Virus record (IMG/VR): IMGVR_UViG_3300045988_071774
Coordinates: 1-34,255 of that record
Source of the DNA: a virus
DNA length: 34,255 nt
Direction: 5' to 3' (one strand)
The notes below the pieces were generated by a model. The model made no database searches. It was not told where the DNA came from and was given only the letters and a program-made list of their open reading frames with translations. Below are positions 32,210 to 34,255 of this stretch, piece by piece. Each line of letters begins with the position of its first letter. The first letter of the stretch is position 1. The position numbers and the translations under genes were made by a program.

Positions 32210-32880
32210 GAGATCACCGCCATGGGGGTGCCGTTGAGGTCTGCGCGGTACTGGTCCCAGCCGCCGGTGCGACCGGTCTTGACCGTTCTGACAACGAGCA
32301 GACCGTCTCCCTGTTCGTAGCCGATGCCGCCGCCGGCGACCACGGCGACAGGGGTGTCGTTTCCGTACCGGAAAGCGGCGTCCTGCAACTGTCCCATGAG
32401 GCGGCCGATGGTGAGGGTGCCGGCTTCCTGGGTGGCGTAGTCGCGGATTGTGGCACCGGTGCCGGTGGATCCGAAACCGCCCTCGCCGCGGTCGGTGTTG
32501 TCGTCCACGCTGCCGACCTCCACGTCGACGTCCGGCAGCGGCAGGATGATCAGCTGGCAGATCCGCTCCCCGGCGCTAACAGGGACCGGATCGGCGAGGG
32601 CAGCGATCCTGACCTTCAGGTCGCCGCGGTACCCGGAGTCAATGATCCCCGCGCCGTGGGGGATCGTCAGCCCTTTCGTCCCGGCGGAGGACCGAAGGGC
32701 CAGCTGCCCGAAGTAGCCGTCCGGGATAGCGACCCGGACGCCGAGGTTGATCGAGTACACGGCGCCCGGGCGGACGAGGCAGCCCTGCCCTTCGGGGACG
32801 TGCAGGTCCAGGCCGGCGTCCGTGTCGTGCGCCCGGGTCGGGTCTTGCACGTTCATTGTCTTCTGGATGGTGACCTTCAT
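32206..32880 (-). CDS. dut: trimeric-type dUTPase with a ~85-aa C-terminal extension (224 aa)
   Basis: Motifs AGLDL, RSSAG, GIIDSGYRGDL, ERICQLI and RGEGGFGSTG. ATG 32880 has SD GAAGGGA. The ORF continues about 85 aa past motif V. Confidence 0.85.
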   Translation of the reverse strand: MKVTIQKTMNVQDPTRAHDTDAGLDLHVPEGQGCLVRPGAVYSINLGVRVAIPDGYFGQLALRSSAGTKGLTIPHGAGIIDSGYRGDLKVRIAALADPVPVSAGERICQLIILPLPDVDVEVGSVDDNTDRGEGGFGSTGTGATIRDYATQEAGTLTIGRLMGQLQDAAFRYGNDTPVAVVAGGGIGYEQGDGLLVVRTVKTGRTGGWDQYRADLNGTPMAVIS

Positions 32881-33245
32881 GAGTGTTCCCTTCTGTTCCA
32901 TGGGGACCGGTCCCGGCCCCTCGTCAGGTCGTGCGGCTCTGCGTGGTAGCTGTCGATGTCGTCTTCGTCCCATGCTAGTGGAGAGTGCGCGCCGGCGTCA
33001 ACTGCGGCCTTGTGGGCGGCCCGCGACTCGTGGTTCACGGGGGCGGGATTGCATTGGTTGCGAGACCAGGCGCACGCGATGAGGAGTCTGTCCTCTTCGG
33101 GGATGTACTCGCCTGCGCGGCCCTTTTGTGTCGTCTTCAGTTTCACGCCGGCCATGTCGGCGATCCGCTGCTCGGAGTGGCCGATCCACATGAGGGACAG
33201 GACCCGCCGCTGCACTCCGATCGGGGTGACGGTTCGGAGTTTCAC
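32877..33245 (-). CDS. putative HTH DNA-binding protein (122 aa)
   Basis: GTG 33245 forms a GTGA overlap with the recT stop, and the stop forms an ATGA overlap with the dut start. RRVLSLMWIGHSEQRIADMAGVKLKT is HTH-like. Confidence 0.6.
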   Translation of the reverse strand: MKLRTVTPIGVQRRVLSLMWIGHSEQRIADMAGVKLKTTQKGRAGEYIPEEDRLLIACAWSRNQCNPAPVNHESRAAHKAAVDAGAHSPLAWDEDDIDSYHAEPHDLTRGRDRSPWNRREHS

Positions 33246-33931
33246 TGTTCCCCCTGCGGTTCCGGGTCGATTCCGGACTCCCACTTGTCGATGACGGCAG
33301 ACAGAGAGTCCGGGTCGTCCATGTCGGCGCCGGCCATCTGAGCCTGCTGCCACACTTCGTTGACGTCCCGGCCGGTCTCGCGGCAGTAGTCCATGAGGAT
33401 GGTGCGGGTCATGTCCCGCTGCGTGCGGTCCTGCGCGGCCTTCTGCGGGGCGTGCGGTGCGGGCGTGGACTCCAGCTCCTCGGGCGTGTAGACGGTGCCT
33501 GCGAGGGCGTCTGACGCGCCCTGACGGCACACCTCGGTGATGGCGCGGGCGCGGAGCATCTGCCGCGGGTACTGCTGCCACGGGCCGCGGCTGCCCCACA
33601 GGCCGGCAGCCTGCGCCTTGCTCTTGTTCCAGGTGACCGTGAACTCGTAGTCGGGGTCGTCGGCGCGGATCAGGGTCGCGGTCACGGAGTCCCCGTCCTC
33701 GCGTAGGCGCAGCTTGTGGCCGGCCCGCCTGACGACAGCGCCCATCAGGTCCGCAGACATCGTCATCTTGCCGCGGGCCACGACCATCGACTGCATCACC
33801 TGCGTGTACGGGACGCCCAAGGCGTCGCCGATGTCCATCGCCCACACAATGTCGGCGGGCTTACCCCGGTACTCGGCGGGGATCAGCGAGGACTGGGCGA
33901 CGATCTTCGCGTGCTCGATCCGGTCTGTCAT
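33242..33931 (-). CDS. recT: RecT-family single-strand annealing recombinase (229 aa)
   Basis: Segments LIPAEYRGKPADIVWAMDIGDALGVP, WNKSKAQAAGLW and GPWQQYPRQMLRARAITEVCRQGASDAL. ATG 33931 overlaps the upstream stop by 1 nt. Confidence 0.8.
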   Translation of the reverse strand: MTDRIEHAKIVAQSSLIPAEYRGKPADIVWAMDIGDALGVPYTQVMQSMVVARGKMTMSADLMGAVVRRAGHKLRLREDGDSVTATLIRADDPDYEFTVTWNKSKAQAAGLWGSRGPWQQYPRQMLRARAITEVCRQGASDALAGTVYTPEELESTPAPHAPQKAAQDRTQRDMTRTILMDYCRETGRDVNEVWQQAQMAGADMDDPDSLSAVIDKWESGIDPEPQGEQ

Positions 33932-34230
33932 CAGAGTGTTCCTTTCATCATTGTACCAAGGAGTTGGTTGGCTACGTCCGCGGGGTGCGCGTCGCATTGG
34001 TACGGCATGTCCACGATTGACCGGCCGGCGTACATGGTGACTCCGGCGCGACCCACATGGACAGTCATGAGGTCCTGGTCGCCCCAGTAGATGTACAGGA
34101 CTGCGGCTTCGCTGTCAGCTATGGGTTCTTCGATGAGATGCTCGGGTCCTGGATGGTCGCGGAGGCAGACATCGGCGACGGCCTTAGCCATTGCGATCCT
34201 GTCTGCGACGCCGGCGTAGCGGCCGATCAT
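33931..34230 (-). CDS. hypothetical early protein (99 aa; the ORF-track version starts at GTG 34236)
   Basis: ATG 34230 has SD GAGGAG five nt upstream and forms an ATGA overlap with the stop of 27..287 across the circular join. Confidence 0.7.
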   Translation of the reverse strand: MIGRYAGVADRIAMAKAVADVCLRDHPGPEHLIEEPIADSEAAVLYIYWGDQDLMTVHVGRAGVTMYAGRSIVDMPYQCDAHPADVANQLLGTMMKGTL

Positions 34231-34255
34231 GACCACTCCTCGCGGGCGTCGTTGA
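34201..34255. repeat. second copy of the 55-bp terminal overlap
   Basis: Identical to 1..55. Confidence 0.95.

Overview
The window is a complete, circularly assembled phage genome. The first 55 bases are identical to the last 55, so the unique length is 34,200 bp. It is high-GC and looks like a siphovirus-type dsDNA phage of an actinobacterial host, with a 1105-aa tape measure, a major tail protein, and no sheath. All functions below are called from motifs I recognise in the translated ORFs, gene order, start and stop coupling and Shine-Dalgarno (SD) sites. No database search was possible.

Layout:
- (1) A leftward early operon runs from 1335 down through the assembly join to 27996. It carries small hypothetical and membrane proteins, RecT, an HTH protein, dUTPase, a DUF3310 protein, a PD-(D/E)XK resolvase-like nuclease, SSB, an NrdH-like redoxin, a metallophosphoesterase and more small proteins.
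- (2) A divergent control region (1336-1761) holds a near-consensus leftward promoter with an 18-bp palindrome in its spacer, and two copies of the dyad GGCTCAAAATGAGCC.
- (3) A rightward replication module has a wHTH protein and a DnaB-like helicase. It is followed by a 575-bp non-coding stretch with about nine DnaA boxes, a TAGTAGA x2 repeat and an AT-rich island, which looks like an oriC-type origin. An HNH endonuclease follows.
- (4) A lysis cassette (Cys/His peptidase plus transglycosylase lysin, a small TM ORF, a holin) sits upstream of the terminase genes.
- (5) The late operon runs TerS, TerL, portal, MuF-like protein, scaffold, capsid, four connector proteins, major tail, G/G-T chaperones with a CCCTTTC -1 slip site, tape measure, three minor tail or fibre proteins and one hypothetical. 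It ends with a GH-A-like glycosidase and a TM/coiled-coil protein.

I found no integrase, partition genes, tRNA, CRISPR array or reverse transcriptase.

The most notable observations are:
- the oriC-like DnaA-box array in a genome with no dnaA;
- a sharply bounded A+C-rich, G/T-poor top strand over 1490-4960;
- a GTGAC-N4-GTCAC dyad in three non-coding regions;
- two separate lysis-like cassettes;
- several coupled ORFs under 60 aa that are missing from the ORF track.
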